Positions 18,831-28,548 of a DNA stretch of 64,000 nt are shown piece after piece. The notes under the pieces were generated by a model. The model saw nothing but the letters and a program-made list of their open reading frames with translations. It was not told the DNA's origin and did no database searches. Source of the stretch: an uncultured virus (IMG/VR IMGVR_UViG_3300001518_000020) (lineage: Duplodnaviria > Heunggongvirae > Uroviricota > Caudoviricetes); the IMG/VR virus record IMGVR_UViG_3300001518_000020; one strand, 5' to 3'. How positions within the stretch are numbered: position 1 is the first letter of the stretch; each line of letters begins with the position of its first letter. The position numbers and the translations under genes are program-made.

Positions 18831-20104
18831 TTTATTGTTTTATTTATATTATTTTGGAATATTGAATTACTACTTGTTTCTCTAGGTTCATTCCAATGTT
18901 CAAGAATTTTATATGCTTGTTGAGCTATAAATTTCATTGTGCCAACAGGAACATTTTGACCAATTTGGTTAATATTAGGATTTGTTCCATATAATTCAAA
19001 ATCATAAGGCATTCCCATTAATGATAAATATTCTCGAATATTATAAGTTCGATTTTCATTAATATGTAACATATTTGGCATTGATCTAAATTGTACAGAA
19101 GGCAATACATCAGTTACATATTGAATATCATCACCATAATAATTTAATCCTTTTGATAACTTATTATTAATATGTTCAAAATAATGTAATGTTCTTTCTT
19201 TTGATTCATTATCATATTTATTTGAATTTTCAACAAATTTAATTAAATCATCCATTAAATTATGTTTGAATACATAATTAATAAGTTTACCATTTATTTG
19301 ATTTTTCCAATCACTTCCTAATTTATATTCTAAATAATCAATAATATAATTATTATGTACAGCTGTCTTAATAGATGTTTGTTGAGTACTATCTTTAGGA
19401 ATTCTTGCAATGAATTCTTCTATTGATACATTATTAGATTCAAAATCAAATATTGGTGGATTTTGTATTTCTACATCTGCATTATGTTTAATAAATATTC
19501 CAAATGTTCTTGGTCTTTTTTGACAATTATTATGCAAACATGTATCAGTTTTATAATAAAGCAATGAATATCCATATTTAATAGCAACTTTATTAAACCA
19601 TGAACGTAAATTATTACCTCTTGTACCCATTAATGTAGGAGCGTTTTCAAATACATATATCTTTGGTTTAATAACACTTAATGTATAATTTGTTATCCAT
19701 TGCATGTTATTATTTCTTTCATTCTTAGTATTTTCTCCTGCAGAAGTAACCATTGATAGTCCTGAACATACTGGAACAGCAATAACTAAATCTAAATTAT
19801 TATAATCAGGAAGTTCACATCCACCATTATCTAAAATTATATTTGGTTTTGTAAAATCAATATTAATTTTAAATGGATCTGCTTGTATTCTATAATAAGG
19901 AATATTTTTATTATGATTCTTTAAATATTGTCTTAAATGATATTCATTAGAAGCACTTTTGATATTTCCATCTTTATCTAACTTACAATCATCAAATCCT
20001 CTAAATGACATAATCCATTCTGCAGAATGTCCAATTGCTTCTTCCGTTCCTAAATATGCACCACCCGTTAAAGGTTGAATAGCTGCCCATTTAATTTTAT
20101 TCAT
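18815..20104 (-). CDS. C5-cytosine DNA methyltransferase-like protein with an atypical motif I
   Basis: Motif IV PVCSGLS, VI FENA, VIII QKRPR, IX REYLSLMGMP.DF and X QIGQNVP. Motif I reads IQPLTGG instead of FxGxGG. Confidence 0.85.
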   Translation of the reverse strand: MNKIKWAAIQPLTGGAYLGTEEAIGHSAEWIMSFRGFDDCKLDKDGNIKSASNEYHLRQYLKNHNKNIPYYRIQADPFKINIDFTKPNIILDNGGCELPDYNNLDLVIAVPVCSGLSMVTSAGENTKNERNNNMQWITNYTLSVIKPKIYVFENAPTLMGTRGNNLRSWFNKVAIKYGYSLLYYKTDTCLHNNCQKRPRTFGIFIKHNADVEIQNPPIFDFESNNVSIEEFIARIPKDSTQQTSIKTAVHNNYIIDYLEYKLGSDWKNQINGKLINYVFKHNLMDDLIKFVENSNKYDNESKERTLHYFEHINNKLSKGLNYYGDDIQYVTDVLPSVQFRSMPNMLHINENRTYNIREYLSLMGMPYDFELYGTNPNINQIGQNVPVGTMKFIAQQAYKILEHWNEPRETSSNSIFQNNINKTIKNEES

Positions 20105-21380
20105 TTAATAACTTTTTATATTTTTCTACATTTTCATCATTAATATATTCTCTAAAATGATTAAATATTGACTTTCTTTGACGATATTTAATATCTTTAT
20201 ATAATTGTTCATCATTTGCAATCATATCTACCTTTTTAGAAAATTCTTCAGGAGATGATACATACATAAATTCTTTCAAAACATCATCATCTGTTAATTG
20301 TTTATTAGGATCATATCTTAAATCTACAAAAGCAATAACATCGGCTAACATACAATCAAAATATCTTGGACTAATTTGATTTCCTAAAATATTTTCTTCA
20401 TGAGTAATAAATGCTGATTTTGCATTTGATGCTACATATTGCCACAAATCATAATATTCCATTACATCATGTTTATCAAAATCAATTCCTTCTTTTAAAT
20501 TTACAAAGAATGGACTACGACCAACAATATGTAAGAATTTATTCTTTAATGCTCCATAATATGCTTCCGTTGTTTTTGTTCGTTTTCCAGACTTGGTTAC
20601 TCCATGATATTCACAATCATATTTCTTTTCACTCCAAGGATATGTCTTAAACTTTACATCAAGATTATCATTAACTCCATTCCAAATATAACAATTGAAA
20701 TTATCCCATCCACTAACAATAGGACGTTTATCAGGCTTTATATTTGCTATAAACTTATTATAATCTAATCCGCAAAAACCAATAATAACAGATTTAAAAC
20801 ATTCATCAATGTCTTTCCTTATTGATTTCATATATTCAACTTCCTTATCAACAATTTCTGCAGGATATTTTTTATTATAAGCTATCTTTAAATTTTTTAA
20901 ATCTAATAAACGTTTTACAACCATTGCAGGAATGTGTGGATTTGGGAATAATGGATCGTCTTGAATATAGAATAATTTATTATCTGTTCCCTTTGACGAT
21001 ACCCACCACTCAGTAATACGATTAATATTATATGGTGTAAAAATCCATGTTACACCTCCATAAAAATTTGGAGGAGTACATTGCATAATAACATCATTAA
21101 CATTATGTTTTTCAAGAATATGTTTTTCTGATGTACCCCATATAATAGGAAGATCTTTTAACATATTTGTACATATATGTTCTGCTGGATCAGTTGATGG
21201 AACATTTGACATAATCCAAACTTTATCATAATTACAAAATTCTGTTAAAAATCTATAATATTGATATAAACAATAAGTACGAATAGGATTTTTTAAAAAT
21301 GATACGACATCTTTAGTTTGACAAATTGCTGCTATTTTACCTTTACCACTATTTTTATAAAAATGATTAATTTTTTCCAT
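20097..21380 (-). CDS. DNA beta-glucosyltransferase-like glycosyltransferase
   Basis: PNFYGG, DDPLFP and ISPRYFDCMLADVIAFVDLRYDP resemble T4 BGT segments (NFFGG; ITLRVWETMASDAVMLIDEEFD). Adjacent to the hydroxymethylases. Confidence 0.7.
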   Translation of the reverse strand: MEKINHFYKNSGKGKIAAICQTKDVVSFLKNPIRTYCLYQYYRFLTEFCNYDKVWIMSNVPSTDPAEHICTNMLKDLPIIWGTSEKHILEKHNVNDVIMQCTPPNFYGGVTWIFTPYNINRITEWWVSSKGTDNKLFYIQDDPLFPNPHIPAMVVKRLLDLKNLKIAYNKKYPAEIVDKEVEYMKSIRKDIDECFKSVIIGFCGLDYNKFIANIKPDKRPIVSGWDNFNCYIWNGVNDNLDVKFKTYPWSEKKYDCEYHGVTKSGKRTKTTEAYYGALKNKFLHIVGRSPFFVNLKEGIDFDKHDVMEYYDLWQYVASNAKSAFITHEENILGNQISPRYFDCMLADVIAFVDLRYDPNKQLTDDDVLKEFMYVSSPEEFSKKVDMIANDEQLYKDIKYRQRKSIFNHFREYINDENVEKYKKLLNE

Positions 21381-21385
21381 ATAAT

Positions 21386-21958
21386 TTATTTATTAATTTT
21401 ATTCCAAAATTGTTCATATAAATGTATTGTATCTGCACACCAATATATTTTTATATCATCTATAATATAGAATTTATCTAATATAATTTTTATTTTATCT
21501 ATTATTTTTTTATGCCATAATATATCTGAATCAAACTCAATAACATCATTACTACGCATATGTACAATATATTCAAATATATAATGATTATTAGGTTGTT
21601 TAACTAAGAACAAATGCATATACATTGTACATATAAATGTTGGATTATTATATTCGGAAACATCTCCCATTATAATAACTGCTTGACGAGTATTTGGATT
21701 ATCAATTAATTTTTTAACACATTTTATAAATTGATTATTTCTTTCTAATATAGGATCATAATTATCTATATACCATTGTGGTCCCATATGTGCTAATGGA
21801 GGTATTTCATCAAATATTTTTAATTTATCAACTTCAAATATAATATGTCTTAATTCTACATATCTAATACCACTAGTACAATTATAACCAGTTTCTTTTA
21901 TATTGTTATTTTTTAATTCATCTAATAATAATCGTTTAATATCTTCTGTCTTATACAT
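21386..21958 (-). CDS. Divergent second dCMP hydroxymethylase / thymidylate-synthase-fold protein
   Basis: NTRQAVI, FICT (catalytic Cys), MRSNDV, SD and HLY motifs. 190 aa. Confidence 0.8.
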   Translation of the reverse strand: MYKTEDIKRLLLDELKNNNIKETGYNCTSGIRYVELRHIIFEVDKLKIFDEIPPLAHMGPQWYIDNYDPILERNNQFIKCVKKLIDNPNTRQAVIIMGDVSEYNNPTFICTMYMHLFLVKQPNNHYIFEYIVHMRSNDVIEFDSDILWHKKIIDKIKIILDKFYIIDDIKIYWCADTIHLYEQFWNKINK

Positions 21959-21976
21959 TTTTTGATAAATGTTTAT

Positions 21977-22720
21977 TTAAAATCTTTCTATATTTTCATA
22001 ATAGTTAAAGATATTTTGTTTAGTTTCAAAATCTGTTAAAATCTTAAAATGTCTTTCATAAATATGTAATGAACCTGCATTCCAATATATATTTCCAGAA
22101 ACAATATGCTTACCAGTTTTTTCTCTAAGATAAGCTACTAATTTATCTTGTACGTGAATCATCCAAAGTGCATCATTATTAAATCCAAATACTGCATCAT
22201 TTGAACGGAAATTAACTATACAATCTAATAATGTATTTTTTTCATCATATTCATTTAAGAAATACTGAACATTTTGACAACACATAAAATCATGCATACC
22301 ATCTTTATTATATTCATATTGCATACTTGGACGATTATAAATCATAATAGCTTCTCTTGTATGTGGATCATCTATTAAATGTTGAGCACAGTTTTCAAAT
22401 TGAGAACCATTTTCTTTAGAATAAATACACCAACCATAATTAGAATTGATAAATCCATCTGATGTTGCACATGCTTTCCACATTTTAGGAGCACCACCAG
22501 GAATGTCATTAACGTTTAATGATTGTGATTTATACCATTTTAATTCCTTTTCATAATAATCATAATTTGGTTCACGAACAATCCATGGTTTATCTACTAT
22601 AAAATGCGCATTTTGTATTTCTAATGTTTTTGATTGTTGAACATTATTACCTATTATTCTAAAATCACCCTTCTCATATTTATCAAGAAAGATATTAAAT
22701 ATTCCATTTGTATTTAACAT
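21977..22720 (-). CDS. dCMP hydroxymethylase (T4 gp42-like)
   Basis: INSNYGW, TREAIMIYNRPSMQYEYNKDGMHDFMC, RSNDAVFGFNND (Asp specificity residue for dCMP) and WNAGSLHIYERHF. Confidence 0.92.
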   Translation of the reverse strand: MLNTNGIFNIFLDKYEKGDFRIIGNNVQQSKTLEIQNAHFIVDKPWIVREPNYDYYEKELKWYKSQSLNVNDIPGGAPKMWKACATSDGFINSNYGWCIYSKENGSQFENCAQHLIDDPHTREAIMIYNRPSMQYEYNKDGMHDFMCCQNVQYFLNEYDEKNTLLDCIVNFRSNDAVFGFNNDALWMIHVQDKLVAYLREKTGKHIVSGNIYWNAGSLHIYERHFKILTDFETKQNIFNYYENIERF

Positions 22721-22721
22721 A

Positions 22722-23267
22722 TTATTTTACTCCTATAAATTTAAGTGCTTCTTCATGTATATCATTTATATCTCTAAATTTATCTTCATTATTGATATAT
22801 ATGATTTTTTTATTTAATTTTGATATATTAAAAATTTCTTTAAATCTATTTTGTTCAACTTCAATTTTAGTTATATTTCCTTTAGATAATGATTTATTAT
22901 CATCATTTTTTACAAGTAAACTATCTGATGATGATAAAAGTTGTATATAATATGCATCAATATTATTTTTCAAATAAATATCATCAATTTCATTTATTAT
23001 ATCAATAGCATCTTGTTCAGATATACCTCTATACATACATCCATAAACATATTCACCATAATGACTTCTATTTAATATAACAACATCAGTATCATATTTT
23101 TTTGTTACTATTGCATAAGCATATCCTCTAAATAATGTTTTTTGAATATATTTATTTTCTGGTTTTGTATAATGAACAATTGTACATGTTAAAAATTGTT
23201 CTTCGATTTTTTTAATTAAAGAATCTTTTCCACAATTATCAGGTCCTTCAATAATTATTAATTTCAT
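22722..23267 (-). CDS. Thymidylate-kinase-like nucleoside monophosphate kinase
   Basis: IIIEGPDNCGKDS P-loop and NRSHYGEYVYG. Confidence 0.85.
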   Translation of the reverse strand: MKLIIIEGPDNCGKDSLIKKIEEQFLTCTIVHYTKPENKYIQKTLFRGYAYAIVTKKYDTDVVILNRSHYGEYVYGCMYRGISEQDAIDIINEIDDIYLKNNIDAYYIQLLSSSDSLLVKNDDNKSLSKGNITKIEVEQNRFKEIFNISKLNKKIIYINNEDKFRDINDIHEEALKFIGVK

Positions 23268-23365
23268 TTACTCATAATATATAATTTTGGTATTTGTAAT
23301 ATATTAAAAATAGTTAAAAATGATATTCTATTATTATTTTTAATAAAGTAAATTTATATAAAATA

Positions 23366-25009
23366 ATGAAAAGTTTCAGTGAACTAATAAAAGAAAAATA
23401 TATCACAAACATATCTGATATATATAATATAGTTAAAGAAGACGAAAAACTTCAAGGTGAACCTGGAAAATCTCAAGAAGATAATCCTAATCCAACCAAT
23501 GAATTAGATATTAAATCTAATGCAACAGAGGAGGAAAAAAACGATACAAAATATTTTTTCAAGAACATTTTATTTTTTACTAATGAACGTGAATCAAAGA
23601 AAAACAAAACATTAAAAAATCTTGAAGATGCCGTAAAAGGTAAAGATATAAAAATTATTACATTTGTATCTGAAGAAGTTAATTATAAAGCAACCGATGA
23701 AAAAATAGATATTGAAGATGAAAAGACAAAATATACTATTGATCATCAATCAAATATTGATACTATTGTAATTGTTCGTTTAGGTGCTCAAAAATCTGAA
23801 GAATGTATGGAATGTATTAAAGAAATTCAAGATTGGGGTCTTTTTGTTATTAATCCTATACAATCAGCTAAACGTGCTTCTAATAAATACCAAGCATCTG
23901 TATTAATGGAGAGATATGATATTCCACAACCTAAATTTACATTGGTTTGTAAAAATGATATTCAAAAAGGAATGGAATCACTTAATAAAAAACTTAAGAA
24001 TATTTATAAAGATGTTGATTCTGAAGAAGCCGAAAAATATGAATATGTTGTAAAGATTCTTGATGGACATGGTGGAACAGGTGTATTCATGGAAACAGGT
24101 AAATCTATATTAGCAGCACTTCAAGCAATGTTTGCAGTTAAAGAAGATTTAGAATTATTAGTTCAAAGGAAAGAAGAAGCTGATGGTGGTGATATAAGAG
24201 TTCATGTATTAACAATGCGTACTGAACAAAAAATATTAGCAGCTATGAAAAGAAAGAAAATTGGTGGAGATTTCCGTTCAAATGTTTCATTAGGTGCACA
24301 AGCAGAACCAGTTGAAATTACTAAAGAACAAGAAGAAATTGCACTTAAAGTTGCTAAAATATCAGGTATGCCTTGGTGTGCTGTTGATATTATGCCACTT
24401 GTAGAAGGATCTAATGATGATTTCAAAGAAGCTGGATATAATGTAGTATTAGAATATAATAGTTCACCAGGTACAGATGGTATTTCTGAAGTTATTGGTG
24501 AGAATTTTATGAAGATTTTATTAGATAACATAAACAATATTAATGAATTAGTATTAGCTCCAAAATCAATTGGTTATCTTGAAAATATAGTATTTACTAT
24601 GGAAAATGAAGAAGAAATTGAATTTGAAGCTAAATTAGATACAGGTAATGGTGCTAAAGCATCTACAATTGGTTGTGATTCTGTGGAAGTTGATGGTGAT
24701 AATGTAACAGCTGAAATTGATGGTAAAACATATAATTTCAAAAAGACAGATATATCAAAAGCTATAGTTGGTCAAAGCACCGAAGAACGTACTGTTGTAT
24801 CTATTCCATGTATACAAATTGGTACTCGTAAATTACTAGATGCAGAATTTGCTTTAGTTGATAATCGTAAAAAGAAACAAAAAGTATTACTTAATCGTGA
24901 TTTAATGAGTAAACTTGCATATATAATTAATCCATCAAAGAAACATTTATTAGAAGATGAATTTAGTGAATTGAGAGTTATCGATAAAACTAAAAAGAAA
25001 AAGAAATAA
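23366..25009 (+). CDS. RimK-family ATP-grasp ligase fused to a RimB-like retropepsin protease
   Basis: ASNKY, VVK..G.GG.GV, DIRV, FRSNVSLG, AVD and VLEYNSSPG (ATP-grasp). C-terminal AKLDTG..LLNRD (aspartyl-protease fold). Confidence 0.88.
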   Translation: MKSFSELIKEKYITNISDIYNIVKEDEKLQGEPGKSQEDNPNPTNELDIKSNATEEEKNDTKYFFKNILFFTNERESKKNKTLKNLEDAVKGKDIKIITFVSEEVNYKATDEKIDIEDEKTKYTIDHQSNIDTIVIVRLGAQKSEECMECIKEIQDWGLFVINPIQSAKRASNKYQASVLMERYDIPQPKFTLVCKNDIQKGMESLNKKLKNIYKDVDSEEAEKYEYVVKILDGHGGTGVFMETGKSILAALQAMFAVKEDLELLVQRKEEADGGDIRVHVLTMRTEQKILAAMKRKKIGGDFRSNVSLGAQAEPVEITKEQEEIALKVAKISGMPWCAVDIMPLVEGSNDDFKEAGYNVVLEYNSSPGTDGISEVIGENFMKILLDNINNINELVLAPKSIGYLENIVFTMENEEEIEFEAKLDTGNGAKASTIGCDSVEVDGDNVTAEIDGKTYNFKKTDISKAIVGQSTEERTVVSIPCIQIGTRKLLDAEFALVDNRKKKQKVLLNRDLMSKLAYIINPSKKHLLEDEFSELRVIDKTKKKKK

Positions 25010-25010
25010 T

Positions 25011-25751
25011 ATGAAAAAACTATTAGATATTATATTGGAATATAAAGAAAGACGTAATAAATCTTTTGATTATTATAAAATTGAAAATACCATAAAAAAT
25101 TGTAAACCATCATTTTTTGGTAAGAATGTTTGTTTAGATATTTTATGGAGACCTGAAATAAGATTTTCTAAAGATGGTGGATGGAAAATAAATAATAAAA
25201 CAAAATCTTATGAATATAAAGGTATTACGTTAAGCGAATCTCCAGTAATGTTTATAGATTTTTATGCTGAAAAGAAACTATTCAAGAAAGATATTATCGA
25301 AGGTTATATAAGTTGGATATTACCAAATAAACTTAATGAAGATGATACTAATTGTGATGAATTAGAAAAATTCTTAAAATCAAAAGTTAATGATATAATT
25401 AAAGATAGAGAATATGCACAAGAAAGAATTAAGTTCACTTCATATGAAGAGCTTGAAAAATATCTTAATGAAATAGAAGACATCATTAATAAACATAATA
25501 TTAAATGTGATAATAATGAACCAACTTATTTATTCTTTGACAAGACTGAAGCAACTTTAAATTCACAATTTAAAAAACATCAATATGAATTAGTAAGTTG
25601 TGATGAAAAAATATCAAGTTTAAATAAAGAATTAGAAGATATTGAAAAAGCAGCAGAAGGTTCAGATGTAGATTTAACTCCTCTTATTGATATAACTAAA
25701 GAAAAAATAGAATACTTTAAAAAATCAAAAGAAAATTTAGAAAATAAATAA
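25011..25751 (+). CDS. Hypothetical protein with a capsid-targeting-like N-terminus
   Basis: 246 aa, starts MKKLLDIILE. Confidence 0.7.
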   Translation: MKKLLDIILEYKERRNKSFDYYKIENTIKNCKPSFFGKNVCLDILWRPEIRFSKDGGWKINNKTKSYEYKGITLSESPVMFIDFYAEKKLFKKDIIEGYISWILPNKLNEDDTNCDELEKFLKSKVNDIIKDREYAQERIKFTSYEELEKYLNEIEDIINKHNIKCDNNEPTYLFFDKTEATLNSQFKKHQYELVSCDEKISSLNKELEDIEKAAEGSDVDLTPLIDITKEKIEYFKKSKENLENK

Positions 25752-25752
25752 T

Positions 25753-26478
25753 ATGAATACACTAAAATTAGGTTCTAAAGGTGAAGATGTAAAATCACTT
25801 CAAAAGTATTTAGGATTAAACCCAGATGGTATTTTTGGTCCTGGAACATTATCAAAAGTTAAAGAATGGCAACAATCCAAAGGACTAATTCCAGATGGTG
25901 TTATAGGACCTAAATCATGGGCAATTATATTTCCAAATGGACCATTAACAACAACAGTTATACCACAACAAACAAATAGTGTTGGTATAAGTAATGGCAT
26001 GATTAACTTTATTTGTCAATATGAAACTGGTAAGAAATTTGGTTATACCATGACATATAAAGATTTAAATGGATATGATTTAAAAGATGCTAAAGGACAT
26101 TTAACTTATGGATATGGTCTACTTATGCATCCAACATTAAATAAGTATATGGACAGTGTTAAAAAAATATGGACTCAAAAAGAACTTGAAGGATTATTTT
26201 TGGAACATGCAAGAATTACATCACAAAAAATAGATAAATGGGCATCAATAAATAAAGTAAAATTAAATCAAAATCAAAAGGATGCAATTGCATCCGGATG
26301 TTATAATTTTGGATTAGGATTTTTAAATAAACAAATTTGTAAATTAATAGCAGCAAATCCAAACAATCCTGCTATTAGAAATACATGGGCACATTTATCT
26401 GATGTTCAAGGAAAGAAATATCCAGGTCTTATTAAAAGACGTCAAGCTGAAGCACGTTGGTATTTTGAAGGAAAATAA
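25753..26478 (+). CDS. Endolysin: peptidoglycan-binding domain plus GH24 lysozyme
   Basis: LKLGSKGEDV..LQ..DGIFGP.T..DGVIGP (PG_binding_1). TYGYG, LNQNQKDA..YNFG and GLIKRRQAE (GH24). Confidence 0.88.
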   Translation: MNTLKLGSKGEDVKSLQKYLGLNPDGIFGPGTLSKVKEWQQSKGLIPDGVIGPKSWAIIFPNGPLTTTVIPQQTNSVGISNGMINFICQYETGKKFGYTMTYKDLNGYDLKDAKGHLTYGYGLLMHPTLNKYMDSVKKIWTQKELEGLFLEHARITSQKIDKWASINKVKLNQNQKDAIASGCYNFGLGFLNKQICKLIAANPNNPAIRNTWAHLSDVQGKKYPGLIKRRQAEARWYFEGK

Positions 26479-26492
26479 ATATTAATAATATA

Positions 26493-26837
26493 ATGAAAAA
26501 ATTAATTGATATAATAGAAGGTCTTAAAGTTGGATCTAAAACTAAAATTAATAATAATGATATTGATGATATTTATGATATTATAAAAAATTATTTCACT
26601 AATAAATTAAATTTAAAAACTACTCAATATATATATCGAATAGCTTCAAAAACAAATAATAGTGGTAGTGCAAAAGATTTAAATGATATTAAAGAAATTT
26701 ATATATGGTCAAAAGAATTTAAAGATATTGACAAATCTGCTGATGAATTATTTAAAGAATTAAATAATATAATTAAGTTAGATAAAAAGAAAACAGAGGT
26801 GTTAGCAACAGCAATATGTTTTTATTCAGAAAATTAA
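26493..26837 (+). CDS. Hypothetical protein with a capsid-targeting-like N-terminus
   Basis: Starts MKKLIDIIEGLK. Confidence 0.65.
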   Translation: MKKLIDIIEGLKVGSKTKINNNDIDDIYDIIKNYFTNKLNLKTTQYIYRIASKTNNSGSAKDLNDIKEIYIWSKEFKDIDKSADELFKELNNIIKLDKKKTEVLATAICFYSEN

Positions 26838-26857
26838 ATATATAATATATATAAAAT

Positions 26858-27214
26858 ATGAAAAATTTAAATGAATTTTTAAATGAAAGTTTAACACAAG
26901 GACAACTTGTAGATTTAGTACATAAATTACCTAAAGATATAAGCGATATTTATGGTGCATTAGAATCAATATTAAGTTGGAATGATGATGATGTTAATGC
27001 TGTTTTATTATCAATGGATAATACTAAATCATTCTTACAAGCGATTGAAGAAAATAAATGGTGGAAAGATCTTTGTGATTGGATAAATGATGAAGATGAA
27101 GATATTAAAATGACACAATCTAAACTCAAATCATTAATTAAAAAATATGATAAAGAATTAACTGAAATTTTCTTAAATATGTTTGAAGAAGGTATTAAAG
27201 AATTAAAATCATAA
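26858..27214 (+). CDS. Hypothetical protein with a capsid-targeting-like N-terminus
   Basis: Starts MKNLNEFLNES. Confidence 0.7.
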   Translation: MKNLNEFLNESLTQGQLVDLVHKLPKDISDIYGALESILSWNDDDVNAVLLSMDNTKSFLQAIEENKWWKDLCDWINDEDEDIKMTQSKLKSLIKKYDKELTEIFLNMFEEGIKELKS

Positions 27215-27217
27215 ATT

Positions 27218-27241
27218 AAAGGTAGCTTCACAGCTACCTTT
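27218..27241. terminator. Bidirectional terminator
   Basis: AAAGGTAGCT-TCAC-AGCTACCTTT between convergent genes. Confidence 0.7.
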
Positions 27242-27469
27242 TTATTTTTTTATTACAAACATTGATGAATAACCACTTGTAAAAACAACATATCGTTGTC
27301 CATCAACATATATTGTTTGTGTACGTACACCAGCATGATGTCCAATATCACTTGATTGAATATCACCAAGTGGATTAATATTTGCTTTTGCTTCACTAAT
27401 TGTTAGACCTGCTATAAAAGATATAATACTAAATATAACAATCAAAAAATAATTTTTAATTTTTTTCAT
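27242..27469 (-). CDS. Small secreted or membrane-anchored protein
   Basis: Basic N-terminus, hydrophobic stretch, then an AKA signal-peptidase-like site. Confidence 0.65.
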   Translation of the reverse strand: MKKIKNYFLIVIFSIISFIAGLTISEAKANINPLGDIQSSDIGHHAGVRTQTIYVDGQRYVVFTSGYSSMFVIKK

Positions 27470-27480
27470 AAATTTAATAT

Positions 27481-27846
27481 TTAAATTGATTCATTAATTT
27501 CTTCCAATGTTTCTGCTATTCTATCATACAAAGAATTTAAATATACATAACCATATGAATGTTTATTATATCTGTTTCTACACTTAATACATTCAAAAAG
27601 AATCATAACTACCATACTCTGTACAAACTCATTAGTAATTTCACGTCCTGTTAAAGTATTTGGTAGTTCATAATAAACAACAGTATTAAATAAACAACTA
27701 TCGTAATTAATAATAGTATTAAGATAACCCATAAATTCTTCATCAAACGTAAGAACTCTAATAGATTTTGCCTCATTAACAATCAGACCATTATCAATAG
27801 TCATATTTGTAATAATCTCTTTAATCTTTTCTGAAACTGTATTCAT
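27481..27846 (-). CDS. Hypothetical protein
   Basis: 121-aa ORF in an early-type operon. Confidence 0.65.
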   Translation of the reverse strand: MNTVSEKIKEIITNMTIDNGLIVNEAKSIRVLTFDEEFMGYLNTIINYDSCLFNTVVYYELPNTLTGREITNEFVQSMVVMILFECIKCRNRYNKHSYGYVYLNSLYDRIAETLEEINESI

Positions 27847-27865
27847 ATTATATTTTATTTAATTA

Positions 27866-28165
27866 TTAATCTGTGTATTCATCTTCTGGTGTTCCATCCC
27901 AAATAGTAGCAAGACAACCATTAATTTTTGTACATTCACCAAAATAAGAGCTTTTACGAATCTTAAATCGTCCTTTAACTGGTGTAGTTTGTCCTTTAAA
28001 ATTAGGAACTACTTTACCATTCTGACCATATCCATCATCCTCATACCACTTCTTTGGAACATTTTCAACCCAAATAAAACTGTTTGTCATTCGAGTAATT
28101 CGTACAAAATGTGGATAACGAGCATTATAACTAAATGCATAAACTAAAATATCTCCAACTTTCAT
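27866..28165 (-). CDS. Hypothetical protein
   Basis: 99 aa, starts MKVGDIL. Confidence 0.7.
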   Translation of the reverse strand: MKVGDILVYAFSYNARYPHFVRITRMTNSFIWVENVPKKWYEDDGYGQNGKVVPNFKGQTTPVKGRFKIRKSSYFGECTKINGCLATIWDGTPEDEYTD

Positions 28166-28171
28166 AATTAT

Positions 28172-28423
28172 TTAATTTATAATATTTAAACGTAATGTAA
28201 CATAACCAATAACTCCCATATAATTCTCCTTAAGATAATTCTGATCCTTACTACTAAGAATTTCCATACATTTCAAAAATTCTTGAAGAACAGGTACAGG
28301 ATAATCAAGAAGTTGTTTAATTTCATTAACTATTTCCTCTGGATTATTTCGTTTTTCTGAGATAGTGGCAAAAACATTAACCATCTTCTCTGTGTCCTTT
28401 GTAGTATATTTGAGTTTAAACAT
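28172..28423 (-). CDS. Hypothetical protein
   Basis: 83-aa ORF downstream of the repeated promoter. Confidence 0.65.
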   Translation of the reverse strand: MFKLKYTTKDTEKMVNVFATISEKRNNPEEIVNEIKQLLDYPVPVLQEFLKCMEILSSKDQNYLKENYMGVIGYVTLRLNIIN

Positions 28424-28500
28424 ATTATTTAAATTTCAGATTTTGTTAAAGAGTTTTTTTTTGAATGATATTTTTACCTATCATAAATTAAATATTTAAA

Positions 28501-28540
28501 TAATTACATAATTAATATAGTATATCTCTTGAAAAATTCA
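28501..28540 (-). promoter_or_regulatory. Repeated early-type promoter, second copy
   Basis: Same 20-mer and TGAATT spacing as 17341-17380. Confidence 0.7.
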
Positions 28541-28548
28541 AAAAAAAT

